Part shown: positions 63,707 to 64,000 of the stretch, piece by piece
Layout: each line of letters begins with the position of its first letter
How positions within the stretch are numbered: the stretch's first letter is position 1
From: Peptococcaceae bacterium UBA5318
Lineage (GTDB): Bacteria > Bacillota > Peptococcia > DRI-13 > UBA5318
DNA: 64,000 nucleotides
NCBI GenBank assembly: GCA_002408285.1
Contig: DHRG01000062.1
Span: 19,921 to 83,920, forward strand
Direction: 5' to 3'
Notes under the pieces: model-generated
The model's database searches: none
Seen by the model: the letters and a program-made list of their open reading frames with translations, nothing else
Told to the model about the DNA's origin: nothing
Program-made: the position numbers and the translations under genes

Positions 63707-64000
<294 letters not shown>

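Overview
Core-chromosome segment of a spore-forming anaerobic Firmicute (Clostridia; Peptococcaceae-like by gene content, which is an inference). The backbone follows the familiar order tRNA-Ser, SRP RNA, dnaX-ybaB-recR-yaaL-bofA, PFOR, a four-subunit 2-oxoacid:ferredoxin oxidoreductase, typA, ispE-gntR-purR-spoVG-glmU-prs-rplY-pth-mfd-prsA-spoVT-mazG-hup-yabO, then yabPQ-divIC-S1-ppx, spoIIE-tilS-ftsH-folP. Three accessory blocks interrupt it. (1) 1-5.4 kb: an uncharacterised adenosylcobalamin mutase-like enzyme, a DMT transporter, a small wHTH-like protein and a stand-alone hydantoinase/ASKHA ATPase, followed by an unannotated ~185-nt rod-shaped RNA candidate with its own promoter and terminator. 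(2) 13.4-25.9 kb: a sigma54-controlled catabolic island (two SDRs, a TRAP transporter split by a two-subunit aconitase X, an M14 deacylase, a cyclophilin-like protein) whose 195-bp enhancer/promoter is duplicated. (3) 49.4-51.7 kb: an AT-rich islet with an orphan LytTR regulator, a secreted protein preceded by 21-bp-period boxes, and a collapsed gene duplicate. Also seen: IS200/IS605-like miniature palindromic elements and their scars, a DnaA-box cluster before the divIC operon, and two Cys-rich small ORFs missed by the ORF track. No CRISPR array, rRNA, transposase or integrase was recognised. All family calls come from motif reading and synteny; no database search was run.
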